IMG/VR virus record: IMGVR_UViG_3300049846_001316
Location: 14,170-78,169 of that record
Direction: 5' to 3' (one strand)
Length of the DNA stretch: 64,000 nucleotides
From: a virus
Below are positions 20,501 through 29,294 of the stretch, in pieces; position 1 is the first letter of the stretch, and each line of letters begins with the position of its first letter. The notes below the pieces were generated by a model that did no database searches, was not told where the DNA came from, and saw only the letters and a list, made by a program, of their open reading frames with translations. Position numbers and translations under genes: made by a program.

Positions 20501-21540
20501 ACAAGTTCCAGCAGGCGCTGATCTTGGCGGGTGCGACCCAGACCGAAGTGTCGACGGCGGCGCTCCTGTTCACGCAGGACACGAGCATCGAGACGGCTGC
20601 CGGCGGGGCCAGTCTCCGGACCAGCCTCAAGTTCCTCGAGAACCTCGGAATCGACGGTGCCACCAAGTCGAAGATCAACGCGGCTGCCGAGGAGATCAAG
20701 AACGACCCGACGCTTCCGCACGCCGGTCTGATCAAGGGTGGCGAAGTCACCGACGAGTACCGGAACGGCCTGCTCTGGAACGGGGTCAACGAGGACCAAC
20801 TGACCCTCGCTCGGGCTATCTTTGAACACGACAACAGCCTCCCGGCGTCCGCTCGGGTCCTTTCCGGCTCGGCCACCGATCGGTACAACGAGGCGCTGAA
20901 TCTGGCGGGCGTGACGACCCTCCAGATGATCGGCGCGGCCGGGGCGATCACGAACAGCAACCTTCCCGGAGAGGCGGACACCAAGGGCCACGACACCGGG
21001 TGGGCGTTCGGCACCGGCTTCGGCCGCGGCATCGACGACTCGGCCTACATCCCGATCATCGCTGCGCAGGCGGTGGCTGACCGTGCGATCCAGGCCGCGA
21101 AGGACAAGGCCGGGATCGAGTCGCCGTCGAAGGTCATGCGCGAGGTCGGCAAGTACATGAGCCTCGGTCTGGCGCAGGGCATCACCCGCACCACGCCGGA
21201 GGCGGAGCGTGCGGCTCGGGCGCTGGCGAACACGATCACGACCACGCTCAAGGACGGGCTCAAGTCGAAGATCGTTCCGAACGTGCAGGTCGACCGCGTG
21301 CAGGTTCCGAAGCTGCCGACCACCTACCGGGACGTCGCGAAGATCCCGGCCACGATCACGCCGATCGACTCTGCCGTGTCGGGCAAGAAGCGGAACGCCG
21401 CCGGCATGGCCACCTCGAGCGGAGGCTCGGGTGGTCCGACCATCATCGAGAACCACTTCCACGGCGATCTCGTGTTCCCCGAGGTCAAGGACGGCGACGA
21501 CGCCGAAGCGTTCATCAAGCACCTCGAAAGGATCTCGTAG
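14509..21540 (+). CDS. Tape measure protein (2343 aa, TP901-type N-terminal domain)
   Basis: AGNALKTIFSRL motif, Ala-rich and coiled-coil segments, Trp/Phe-periodic repeats, two GIxSPSK motifs. Confidence 0.93.
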   Translation: MNARMNVVLRVMASNKQEIAQIEQALRRVQNVQTSAARTMAATSSKLGGAGAFGGFFAGIERGFNSLEKFGKNLQWTGRQVEFRFTLPLVAAGLAATKFALDNERAMTNVRKVYGDLNTTSAETARDMKILKGIFESLSEIFGVQQKEVIDIAAAWAAAGAQGPALARATRNTLETMVLGEMDATEATQALITVQQQYGLSTKEVRGALAALNVVENESAIRLQDLIEGFVRGGASARSAGVDVKHMAGLLAVLVPALGSGATAGNALKTIFSRLLAPTKQSADALAEIGINIDEVSWNSKNGAQRLEEVAGAFQKLTPAQRAWASAQIAGRFHVARFDQIMRDVVNTQGEYQKALRNTSDDTKNLAIYQRELGIVLSSQPKAFDILKVQLQNALAKIMVPLIPAILNVAHAFVKLVQAFTNLSPHTQQLVMGFLALLAVTGPLFAYIGTTLTLIGRLGAGFSFLGRIIFVVAGWLFGFGKTAETEAAKMASAVTAAAGQMASAAGGVGQTWTVAMGTVQSSIVSVLNQILAAVQAMALDLERIIAQMSASMVQSTQAAGSMIVEDWAMVAAAVTNIMAGLPAEWGTVNAIMAGQSAAAAGTMLATFSMSAAGYKLTFNMIRANLEALAPAAKAAFAVNAAGVVELVAESEAAMAALPVAASASVVETQAVTTGAVGAIEAWTAAVVGRINMIFSGIPIFFSMVWNRVLAFFETLMAPFAAAGSAIGGAITSAFATASEFAALVWGRVLTFIETLAGPFARLGQILGAAITSAFQIASAVASGVWGLILTAIAALQPAFSAVGGALGAGMAAAFDAAVVVFSNPVTLIAAAVAAVAVLAIVFRKQLAQAFSWIPGFFHNVWSALPKSVQGAIQAVINILERGMEIVYDLLSYLNPFAHHSPSIVEQVIAGVDLIARKYASLSGIGNDLRGAISALKEFNDAAAMQGLDSKTIELKQNRTTVSENAPQMLPDFDKLAAVLPGLRADLARVNAEFQAQGSIVAALEQDLARVNAEYEQANAVLGQLEKTASAARTALDDAQAALEATANTPIKGMKAMDDQIFAVTMQQKKLRLEMLKMEEAGQAISNTQDRLAALNGELEMLNGKKIDLQMAGAGSDVLGPLNDRMRELENQRGTLETTTNAYEKLQKQLDDLQRRAEMLDLEKALKFDPLTKQIEDFTNKAKELPFETIMANLRKEQAEVDRLKKVWEDAQNAVDRQQQVVDALKERRDAVQATYDAEKEKLDQLGAAYDALEQQINDITSALSGMASAAQQAAQAAKEAGGGGGGMPGGGGSFDIPGGKGVKLGKEGGNLQSIADKWAKEASKAFGDFNPLKDLQQGLKDAWQSIVDWFSDAWDSIVGVFSGKSLNLDWAEMFRPITDFLKSIGIDVSAVSRTIGSELSKWGDMFSSLGDTFGNVLSDLKPIFDIILGAIKLFLINCRVLWEATWPVFKNTVVVVWNLILGVIQHALQMIRGVIEVFDGLLSADWHKVWDGISDIVGGAFNLVVDIVKGTLGLAYGIIKGIIEGIINVFKYLYDILVGHSIIPDLVNAIIDWFYKLAAPVEAAWNLVSDIITGAVEWFTGAVETGVSAVVGFMTSLPGKIISALAGFGSLLLGLGKDLLDGLLNGIRNGWTTVSGWLGTINQLIMNAVGNVGDALVSIGRDLIQGFLNGLKSMWGSVKDWVSSHFEDLLGTIGDVLGIGSPSKKTYEMGNWLMEGLTNGANDGYRRSGQRFRVLGSEVMNQFNAGMQSGAPVVDKTWNTFVNGMQVPEGWASVNSKKYKDGVKEMTDGMTQAMNSAFPEINNLFSSIGADADLEGLKKTLQDATTNVGTFQADLSQIITNGNPMLAQQIAALGPEAGAQLAAQLVSQGPDVQKSWETMIVTYNTAIEKAKADIRAAGPAFGFLTSAWATAANTQFGTTIDFAGITKGEVDAAAIAVAANPHVEQEAFKKGGAVKDAYKSALTMTGVTQEQIAGAQAIMLADSTLPEGARTLSGSAADKFQQALILAGATQTEVSTAALLFTQDTSIETAAGGASLRTSLKFLENLGIDGATKSKINAAAEEIKNDPTLPHAGLIKGGEVTDEYRNGLLWNGVNEDQLTLARAIFEHDNSLPASARVLSGSATDRYNEALNLAGVTTLQMIGAAGAITNSNLPGEADTKGHDTGWAFGTGFGRGIDDSAYIPIIAAQAVADRAIQAAKDKAGIESPSKVMREVGKYMSLGLAQGITRTTPEAERAARALANTITTTLKDGLKSKIVPNVQVDRVQVPKLPTTYRDVAKIPATITPIDSAVSGKKRNAAGMATSSGGSGGPTIIENHFHGDLVFPEVKDGDDAEAFIKHLERIS

Positions 21541-21543
21541 GTC

Positions 21544-24384
21544 ATGGCGATCCGCACCGGCCGGTATGGCATCAACTACACGCAGGCATCCGGTGCTCTC
21601 ACGGATGTCGACGTCAACCCGGCCGACTCGAACATGCAGATCGCGCTCGGCATGGACGGCGCGCTCGGCTACAAGGGTGCCGCACCGACGATCACGACGA
21701 CCGGCATCGCCAGCTTCGCTGCGCTCGCTCGCAAGATCCAGATTGTCGACTGGGGTTCAGGTGCCGGGTACATCCTCTACGCCGATGGAGTCGTCAAGGG
21801 CATCAACGGCAAGAGCAACCCGTCCGGGACCCCGCTCACGATGGCGGCGAGCGAGGTCTGCGTCGACTTCGCGATGGACCCCACCGGGAACGGACAGGGT
21901 TACGTCCTGACCAACCGCGGCCGAGTGCGTGCCATCGGCGGCATCGCCGCTCCGACGATCCCCGACTTCGGGCTCACCCCGTACATCGGTCGAGCCATCT
22001 GGGTCAACTGGGCGGGCGGAGCTCCGTACCGGTACGTCGTGCTCGACGGCTTCGGTGCGCTGCACTTCTCGAACCCCGGCGGGCAGAAGGGCGCGACGTT
22101 CTACTCGTCGTACTGGGGTCCGGGCTCCAAGGCCGGTGGCACGAACGGGTGGGACATCGCCCGCGACGTGATCGTCTCCGACGTGGCGGGCTACTGGGAG
22201 GGCTACGTTCTCGACGGCTACGGCGGGCTGAGTCCGTTCTGGACGAGCGGCGAAGGCAAGCCGCCGAGCATCTCGACCGCAGGCGCGTACGTGACCTCGG
22301 ACATCTTCCGGGTTGTACGTGAGACGTTCGACTTCAGTCGGGTCCTCGTCGCCACCAGCGATGCTCGCTACTGGGACTACGACCGGGGCTCACCGGTCTA
22401 CGAGATCACAAGCGTCACCGCTCCGACCGGAGTCCAGACCACGCGTCGCCCCACGGTCACCTGGAAGCCCGCACTCGTCGCGGGAACCGCGTCCCCTCCC
22501 GATACCGTGTTCTTCCGCGTGTTCGTGGACACCGTGTACAACGCGGGCCAGTTCGATCCGAACGACGCGCTCAACGCGCAGTACGACAGCGGTCCGCTCT
22601 CCAAGACGCAGACACTCGGCGCCAACGCGTCGATGCAGTTGCCGGTCGACATCCCGAACGGCACGTGGAAGGTGTACGTCGCCGTCGCCAAGAGGAACAC
22701 GGACGGCACCTACGAGTCGTCCGACTGGGTGGCATCACCTGAATGGTCGATTGCGGGGACGCTGCCGGTGCCGACCAACGTGACTCCCGCCGCGGGTGCG
22801 CTCGTGAACACCGACCTGCCGGGACTCGGCATGACGCTCACCGCGGACCCGCTCGGCTCGTCGGTCGCCGGACAGTGGCAGATCGCACAGGACGCTGCCT
22901 TCACGGCGGGCCTCAAGGAGATCTCGGACCAGCTCGGGGACTTCAAGAAGAGCGGCCTCACCACGGAGCCAATCCCGCTTCCGCTCGCCCTGTCGCAGGG
23001 CACGTGGTTCATCCGCGGTCGAGAGGTCAATCTGCTGCTCGACTCGTCCGAATGGACGACCCCGCAGAGCTTTGTCGTCTCGCACCCGCCGACGACGAAC
23101 GGTCACTCGCCCTCGGGCGGACAGGCGATCCCGTACGAAGCCGGCGGGAACGTCTCGTTCCACTGGACGTTCTCGGACTCGAGTCCGGTCGACTACCAGA
23201 CGGCGTACCAGATCGAGGTGCTCGAGAACGACACCAACAACTTCGTCGCGACCTCCGGCATCGTGGACAGCACGGTCGGAGTGGGCACGGTGGTGATCCC
23301 GCCGACCGCGGCGAACATCGAGCTCAAGTGGCGCGTCCGGGTCTTCGACAGCGACAACGTGTTCGGTGACTTCTCCGACTGGAACGTGTTCAAGGTCGTC
23401 GAGTCTGCGAACCTCACGATCACGAGCCCGAGCGGTGGAGTCGACAACCCGCAGCCGACGATCACCTGGACGTACTCCGCCAGCGGACGCGTGCAGGTCG
23501 CCTTCCGGGTGGTGATCACCCGAGCGAACGACGGCGTGGTCGTGTTCGACTCCACGCAGCTCGCCGGGTCCTCGTCGAGCTACCAACTCCCGGACCCGAT
23601 CCTCGACAACAACACGCTCTACACGCTCTCGGTGACGGTCTACGACAACGGTGGACTTGCGTCGACTCAGATTGAGCAGTTCACGACTGCGTGGATTCCG
23701 CCGACGCCGGGCGGCAGCGTGACCTTCGACTCTTCGCACTACGAAGAGGAGGGGTACCTGATCATCAACTGGGACGACGCGGCGACCGATGGTGACTTCC
23801 GGGCGTGGCGGATCTACCGGGGCAACGCCGTGCAGGTGTACTCCGGCACGTCCGTGCTCGTGGATGAGATCGACAACGGTCCCTTCAACGACTACTCGGC
23901 GCCGGCGAACGATGAGGTGTTCTACGCGGTCGTGCAGGTCGCGAGTCGCTTCGGGGTTGACGTCGAGTCGGACAAGGTGTTCTACAACGTCACCCTCTCC
24001 GGGACGCACTACTGGCTCGTGTCGAACGAGCTTCCGAGTCTGTCGCTCCGACTGGCTCACGTCGTGTCGGACTCGTTCACCAACGAGCTCGAGCGCGAGA
24101 GCTACGTCATCAAGGGCCGGGGTCGCAAGGTCGACCAGGGAGTCCGGCTCGGCAAGAACGGAACCCTCACGTGCGAGTTCAACGACATCCTCGATGGACC
24201 CACGGCGCGCCAGCAGCGGCAGAAGCTCGAGCTGCTCCAAGAGCAAGCGACCGACATCTACTTGCGCAACCCGTTTGGCGATGTGTGGAAGGTGTCTCCC
24301 ACTAACATCCAGGTCGAGCGCGTCGCGGGTGTGGGCGTCAAAGAGTACGCCAAGGTCACGATTCCGTACGAAGAGGTGGTCTGA
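21544..24384 (+). CDS. Tail tip protein: N-terminal propeller-type repeats + FN3/Ig-like domains + probable distal-tail C-terminus
   Basis: Repeats GYILYADG/GYVLTNRG/YVVLDGFG/GYVLDGYG, GWDIARD, QTAYQIEV, YLRNPFG; first gene after TMP. Confidence 0.65.
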   Translation: MAIRTGRYGINYTQASGALTDVDVNPADSNMQIALGMDGALGYKGAAPTITTTGIASFAALARKIQIVDWGSGAGYILYADGVVKGINGKSNPSGTPLTMAASEVCVDFAMDPTGNGQGYVLTNRGRVRAIGGIAAPTIPDFGLTPYIGRAIWVNWAGGAPYRYVVLDGFGALHFSNPGGQKGATFYSSYWGPGSKAGGTNGWDIARDVIVSDVAGYWEGYVLDGYGGLSPFWTSGEGKPPSISTAGAYVTSDIFRVVRETFDFSRVLVATSDARYWDYDRGSPVYEITSVTAPTGVQTTRRPTVTWKPALVAGTASPPDTVFFRVFVDTVYNAGQFDPNDALNAQYDSGPLSKTQTLGANASMQLPVDIPNGTWKVYVAVAKRNTDGTYESSDWVASPEWSIAGTLPVPTNVTPAAGALVNTDLPGLGMTLTADPLGSSVAGQWQIAQDAAFTAGLKEISDQLGDFKKSGLTTEPIPLPLALSQGTWFIRGREVNLLLDSSEWTTPQSFVVSHPPTTNGHSPSGGQAIPYEAGGNVSFHWTFSDSSPVDYQTAYQIEVLENDTNNFVATSGIVDSTVGVGTVVIPPTAANIELKWRVRVFDSDNVFGDFSDWNVFKVVESANLTITSPSGGVDNPQPTITWTYSASGRVQVAFRVVITRANDGVVVFDSTQLAGSSSSYQLPDPILDNNTLYTLSVTVYDNGGLASTQIEQFTTAWIPPTPGGSVTFDSSHYEEEGYLIINWDDAATDGDFRAWRIYRGNAVQVYSGTSVLVDEIDNGPFNDYSAPANDEVFYAVVQVASRFGVDVESDKVFYNVTLSGTHYWLVSNELPSLSLRLAHVVSDSFTNELERESYVIKGRGRKVDQGVRLGKNGTLTCEFNDILDGPTARQQRQKLELLQEQATDIYLRNPFGDVWKVSPTNIQVERVAGVGVKEYAKVTIPYEEVV

Positions 24385-24387
24385 GCA

Positions 24388-24978
24388 ATGACATTCTGGG
24401 GCGACTTCGAGCTCGAGTCCTTCCCGGTGAGCGGTGATCTTGATGGCCTCACACTCGAGGAGGCATTCCACCGCAGCCTCCACACCAACATCGGTGAGTT
24501 CCTCACTGAGATGCAGTTCGCCCTGATGGTGCCGCGTTCGTGGACGCCGGTGCTGCACACGGACGGATCTCCGGACTTCCAGCGCGGCACGGGCGGCGGT
24601 GGAGTGCGAGGCCAGTCCTGGGGGATCTACTTCCAGATGGGCAAGTGGGTGTGGGGACAGGGCACCATCCGTCTCGGAGACACGGGATGGAACAAGGGCA
24701 ACGGCAACTACTACATGACGCTGCCGGTGCCGGGAGTGATGCCGCCCACGGAGATGCCCCGCATCGGAGAAGCCACCATCGGGTCCGGTGCGAACTTCAA
24801 GCACTACAACTGGGGCCTGCACATGGGCCGAGTGAACGCTCCTGACGAGACGCAATACTGCTGCTTCACCCCGGACGACGGGGTGTTCATGTGGGCGACG
24901 GGCGGGCTCTACATCCCGGACTTCACTTCCGCGGGCGGCGACATCCACACTCGCTTCGGGCCGTACCTGGCGGCGTAG
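24388..24978 (+). CDS. Minor tail protein
   Basis: SWTPVL..., GNGNYYMTLPV fibre-tip-like motifs. Confidence 0.5.
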   Translation: MTFWGDFELESFPVSGDLDGLTLEEAFHRSLHTNIGEFLTEMQFALMVPRSWTPVLHTDGSPDFQRGTGGGGVRGQSWGIYFQMGKWVWGQGTIRLGDTGWNKGNGNYYMTLPVPGVMPPTEMPRIGEATIGSGANFKHYNWGLHMGRVNAPDETQYCCFTPDDGVFMWATGGLYIPDFTSAGGDIHTRFGPYLAA

Positions 24979-24981
24979 CCC

Positions 24982-27492
24982 ATGGCCACCGACTTCGATG
25001 CCCCCATCGACTTCGACGCCGCTGTCGACTTCGATGGTGGCGGCGGGTCCACCCCCGGCGGTCCCTCCGAGCTGACCCCTGCGCAGTTCCGGGCAGCAGC
25101 AGCGGAGGCGATCAACGCTGCGGTCACCACGGTCCTGTTCCGAGTCGACATCTACGAGCGTGACGCCACGACGATCTGGATGCGGGACGCGCCCCTCATC
25201 GGCGGCAACATCAACATCTCGAACAGCCGGGACGAGCGCCGCACTCTCGACCTCAAGCTCGACAACTACGACGGGCGCCTCAAGCACTACCCCGGAGGCT
25301 TCTGGTACGACAAGGTGATCAAGCCCTACCGCGGCGTCCGCACGCCCGTGGGCGACTACCTGTTGCAGCAGGGCGAGTTCATCCTCGACTCGATCAGCCG
25401 CGACGACTTCCCGAACCACGTCACGCTTGCCGGCCGGGACTACACCGCGCACCTTCTGTCGAGTCAGTTCGAGCGGCCAGTGTCGTTCGCGCAGGGCCAG
25501 TCGCTCGACCAGATCGTCCGGGCCATCGCTCTCAATGCGGGCATCCGCAAGCTCAACATCCCGCCGACGAACGTGCTCGCCTACAAGGTGTTCTTCTTCG
25601 ACGCCGGGACGACGCGGTGGGAGGCCATCAAGCAGATCACCGAGCCCCACGGGTATCAGGTGTTCTTCGACCGCTACGGGTACCTGACGATGGCTCCGTT
25701 CCCGGACCCGGCCACGGGTGCCGAGGAGTGGACGTTCCGCGGCTACGCGTCCGCCAGCGGCGACCCAAACCTCGCGAGCTACTCCAAGGCGGTGTCCACC
25801 GCACGCCTGCGCAACCACCTGATCGTGAAGGGCGACTCCTCGACGAACGGCAACGTGTTCATCGAGCTCAAGGTCCCGGAGTCGAGCCCTATCGCCATCA
25901 GCAAGATCGGTGACCGCATCGAGGTCTACCAGTCCGGCTTTTTCAAGGACAACGCCGAGGCGCTCGCGTTCGGCAACAAGTACCTGCCGACGCTCGCCAT
26001 GGAGGACTACGAGATCCAGACCGAGAGCCCGGTGATCCCGTGGCTCGACGCCAACGTGATCGTGCGCTTCGAGGACCCGGACCCGGACCCGATCGACCCG
26101 GCTCGGTTCTTGCTCACCGACATCGACATCCCCATGGAGCTCGGAGTCATGCGCGCCACGTCGAAGCGCATCACTCTGATCAAGGACTACCGGGACAACA
26201 CCAACGTCGGCACCCGGATCGCTGTCCCGAACCTCAGTGGCAAGACTCTGACTGAGGCCAACGCGGCGCTGCTCGCCTCGGGCCTGCGCTCGACTGTCTC
26301 GTACGTGGTGAGCACCGCGGCGAACGTGGGCAAGGTGCTGGGGCAGAACCCCGGTCCGGGCGAGCTGGTCATGCGGGACTCGTCGGTGTCGCTGACGGTC
26401 GGCAAGACCGGCACGGCCGCACAGGTGAAGCTCGGGGAGTACGCCGGCGCGAGCTACTGGCCGTCCGACGCGAACATCTCGCAGAACAAGGCGCTCGGGG
26501 CGAAGTGGTGCCGGTTCGGTCCCGAGTGGCAGTGGTACGACACGGACGGCAACTTCGACGACACTGAGATCCGGGACGGTCTGGCTCGCCTGCACGCTGC
26601 CGGCCAGCGGGCGATCATCGTCGCGTTCGGACTTCCCGACTACGTGCACCCCGGAGCAAGCTCACTCCCGCACCCAAACCACGTGCTCCCGGCCACCGAC
26701 GCCGAGTGCCTCCTCTACGTCGGATGGCTCGTCAAGGTCGCAAAGTTGATGGACCCGGCAAAAGATATTCTCGAAATCTGGAATGAGCCCAACATTCAAG
26801 ATTTCAACAACATCTCGGGCACCGACATCAACGACATTCTCAACGCGGCGAAGTATTGGGGACGTTCGGTCGCGTGGGCAGCCCAGGCGATTGCCGGCGA
26901 GGTTCCCGGACTCCGAGTCATCGCGGGCTCCGTTGCGTCTCGATCGAACTACTACGACACCGGTGGCGAATACGAGTGGTCGATGCCCCGGTTCATGCGG
27001 CACGCGGTCGAGCAGAACCCGGAGCTGATCACCCTCGCGAACTCCGGCGCTCTGTGGGGCTTCGGATCTCACCCGTACTGCCGTGACGCCTCCACCAACA
27101 ATGGCGACCCGCGTGCAGAAGTCGGATGGAACGGGCACGTGCAGAACCAGGAGACGTGGAGCTACCTCAAGTCGGTCGGCGTGGTGAACCCTCGCATGAT
27201 CGCGACCGAGTGGGGTGAGGCGTCGTACAACCTCGGTGACGGGGCGTGGTCGGAGGCGTGGCAGCAGTCCCACTTCCTGCTCGAGAAGGACGTCATGGGC
27301 TTCCGTCGGGCGCTCGGGCACTACCACTACCCGTTCATGACGTTCAACAACCAGGACTGGAAGTCCTACGCCGAGAACGGCTTCATGGACGCCTACATGG
27401 GCATGTACAAGCTCGACGGGAGTGCCAAGCCGAAGAAGAACGACTACGTTGCGTGGCTCGCTACCAACGTCGATCAGGTGGACTACCTGTGA
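24982..27492 (+). CDS. Baseplate hub/Tal-like protein fused to a PASTA domain and a clan GH-A (GH5/GH39-like) glycoside hydrolase
   Basis: Hub motifs (RRTLDL, FFDRYG); PASTA VPNLSGKTLTEA..L...GL...GKVLGQNP..G (~26218-26403); EIWNEP and IATEWG catalytic glutamates. Confidence 0.75.
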   Translation: MATDFDAPIDFDAAVDFDGGGGSTPGGPSELTPAQFRAAAAEAINAAVTTVLFRVDIYERDATTIWMRDAPLIGGNINISNSRDERRTLDLKLDNYDGRLKHYPGGFWYDKVIKPYRGVRTPVGDYLLQQGEFILDSISRDDFPNHVTLAGRDYTAHLLSSQFERPVSFAQGQSLDQIVRAIALNAGIRKLNIPPTNVLAYKVFFFDAGTTRWEAIKQITEPHGYQVFFDRYGYLTMAPFPDPATGAEEWTFRGYASASGDPNLASYSKAVSTARLRNHLIVKGDSSTNGNVFIELKVPESSPIAISKIGDRIEVYQSGFFKDNAEALAFGNKYLPTLAMEDYEIQTESPVIPWLDANVIVRFEDPDPDPIDPARFLLTDIDIPMELGVMRATSKRITLIKDYRDNTNVGTRIAVPNLSGKTLTEANAALLASGLRSTVSYVVSTAANVGKVLGQNPGPGELVMRDSSVSLTVGKTGTAAQVKLGEYAGASYWPSDANISQNKALGAKWCRFGPEWQWYDTDGNFDDTEIRDGLARLHAAGQRAIIVAFGLPDYVHPGASSLPHPNHVLPATDAECLLYVGWLVKVAKLMDPAKDILEIWNEPNIQDFNNISGTDINDILNAAKYWGRSVAWAAQAIAGEVPGLRVIAGSVASRSNYYDTGGEYEWSMPRFMRHAVEQNPELITLANSGALWGFGSHPYCRDASTNNGDPRAEVGWNGHVQNQETWSYLKSVGVVNPRMIATEWGEASYNLGDGAWSEAWQQSHFLLEKDVMGFRRALGHYHYPFMTFNNQDWKSYAENGFMDAYMGMYKLDGSAKPKKNDYVAWLATNVDQVDYL

Positions 27493-29294
27493 GCGGAACG
27501 AAGACGTGGACTGACCCCGCAATCGCGGCACGACTCCGTGATGTGGTCAAGCGGATCGCCAGAGAGGAAGTCCGGGCGCTGGTGCCTCGGCCGGTCCACG
27601 GGCAGATCAGCGCGATCGACCTCATCAACGAGGTGGCGGTGGTCGACCTCGCGGACGGCTCGCAGATCGAGGTGGGTGTCCCCGCAGACACGACTCTGAC
27701 GGTCGGTGTGACCGTTCGGGTGTCCGGAACCCCCGGTGACCGCTACATCGAGGGCGCGGGCTTCGTGGGCTCTTACACGGGGCCTCCGGGCAACCCTCAC
27801 GGCTCAGGGTGGGACCCGACCGAAGTGGTGCCGCATTCGATGCGGTTCCGGATCGCGACCACCAACCTGCTGGGACCGTCGACCGCCGACGAGCTGGCCG
27901 TCGCGCACTTGATCTTGAACGGCACCGAGGATGCTGCCTTCATCAACTACGTCCTCGCACTCGGGATGTTCGACAACCCGATCGACACCATCTGGCTCGA
28001 CATGGGCTCCGGCTTCTACCGCTTCAAGTCGCCCATCGACATCCCCGGTGGCGGCGCGCTGATCGTGAAGGCTGCGATGCCCACCCACCAGTTCGAGGGC
28101 TCCGGCCACACGACTCTGTGGGTGGGTCAGGGCTTCCCGGACGGTGAACCGATCTTCCGTACGGACGGACCGAGCACGAACCTGAACGTCGATGGCGTCA
28201 ACATCACCGTCGAGCCCGGTTCCCCCCTGCTCGACGCCAAGGAGTACGAGCTCACCAACTGCAACCTCGTGACACTCGACGACGTGAGCGCGGGGCAGGG
28301 CGGGGTGTGCAAGCGCATCTGGAAGCCGGACTACACCACGGGTCAGTCCATCTTCATCGCTCGACGGAGCTTCCTGCGAGGCGACTCCACACTGGCGCTG
28401 ATCCGAGCCGGGTACGGGACCGACGCCACCGCTTCGATGGCGGACAAGGTGCTGGTGCAGGACTCCACCGTCGCCAACGAAAGCGGACCGGCCGTCCGTA
28501 TCGCCTGCGAGAACTTCGACATCAGCCGAAGCGTCGTCAAGTCGGTCGGTGCCGCTGCCGTTGACATCGACATCCCTGCCTCCAGTTCGGCTCCGTCCTC
28601 GTACGTGCGGGGACTCAGCCGCAACCTGATCGAGACACACCCGACCACGGAGGGGTCGATCACGCCGACCGCAGCTCCGTTCGTGGTGCTCAACAACGCT
28701 CGCGGTGTTCTCGTGAAGGACAACCTCGGCGTCTTCGTCAACTACGACTCCGGGACCGCGGCGCACTACCCCACGGACGGCAACCTCGTCGTCTTGTCCG
28801 GGCACAGCGTCGGCAATGACTTCACCGGGAACTCGTGGACGAGCCTCTCCGGCGACGACTGGTCGACCTCCGGCAACGGCACCTACGCCCCCGGCAAGAT
28901 CAGCGTTGGCCCCGCGTGCTCCGGGAACCGGTTCAGCGACTCTCACCAACTGCTCATCGACGAGGGGCAGAACAACGAGTACCCGATCGAATCGTACGTG
29001 TTCTCGAAGTCCGGGACGTTCGATCCTGGTCCCACCGGTCGCTTCCTCATCCGCAAGCGCGGGTACTTGTACGAAGCGGTCGGCACACTCACCGAAGCCG
29101 GAACCGCCGACACGCAGATCGACGTGATCCACGAGAACTTCACCATCGGGACGCTGATCATTCCCGCCGGCGACCTCGAGGCAGTTCTTGCACTCGATCT
29201 CACGCAGGTCAACGTGGGTGACAGTCTCTACATCGACGTCGTGTCCGTCAACACGGGTGACCGCGACCTCGTGGTCGGAGTACGCTCCCGCTGA
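27489..29294 (+). CDS. Tail spike, probable right-handed beta-helix
   Basis: GTG 27489 overlaps the upstream stop; N-terminal OB-like part, G.YRFKSPI.I motif, Asn/Ser-rich beta repeats. Confidence 0.55.
   Translation: MSGTKTWTDPAIAARLRDVVKRIAREEVRALVPRPVHGQISAIDLINEVAVVDLADGSQIEVGVPADTTLTVGVTVRVSGTPGDRYIEGAGFVGSYTGPPGNPHGSGWDPTEVVPHSMRFRIATTNLLGPSTADELAVAHLILNGTEDAAFINYVLALGMFDNPIDTIWLDMGSGFYRFKSPIDIPGGGALIVKAAMPTHQFEGSGHTTLWVGQGFPDGEPIFRTDGPSTNLNVDGVNITVEPGSPLLDAKEYELTNCNLVTLDDVSAGQGGVCKRIWKPDYTTGQSIFIARRSFLRGDSTLALIRAGYGTDATASMADKVLVQDSTVANESGPAVRIACENFDISRSVVKSVGAAAVDIDIPASSSAPSSYVRGLSRNLIETHPTTEGSITPTAAPFVVLNNARGVLVKDNLGVFVNYDSGTAAHYPTDGNLVVLSGHSVGNDFTGNSWTSLSGDDWSTSGNGTYAPGKISVGPACSGNRFSDSHQLLIDEGQNNEYPIESYVFSKSGTFDPGPTGRFLIRKRGYLYEAVGTLTEAGTADTQIDVIHENFTIGTLIIPAGDLEAVLALDLTQVNVGDSLYIDVVSVNTGDRDLVVGVRSR

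Noticed and set aside
22735-26649. 1304-aa minus-strand ORF
   Set aside because: Antisense shadow across tail genes, with the same V/D/E/R/L-rich artefact composition
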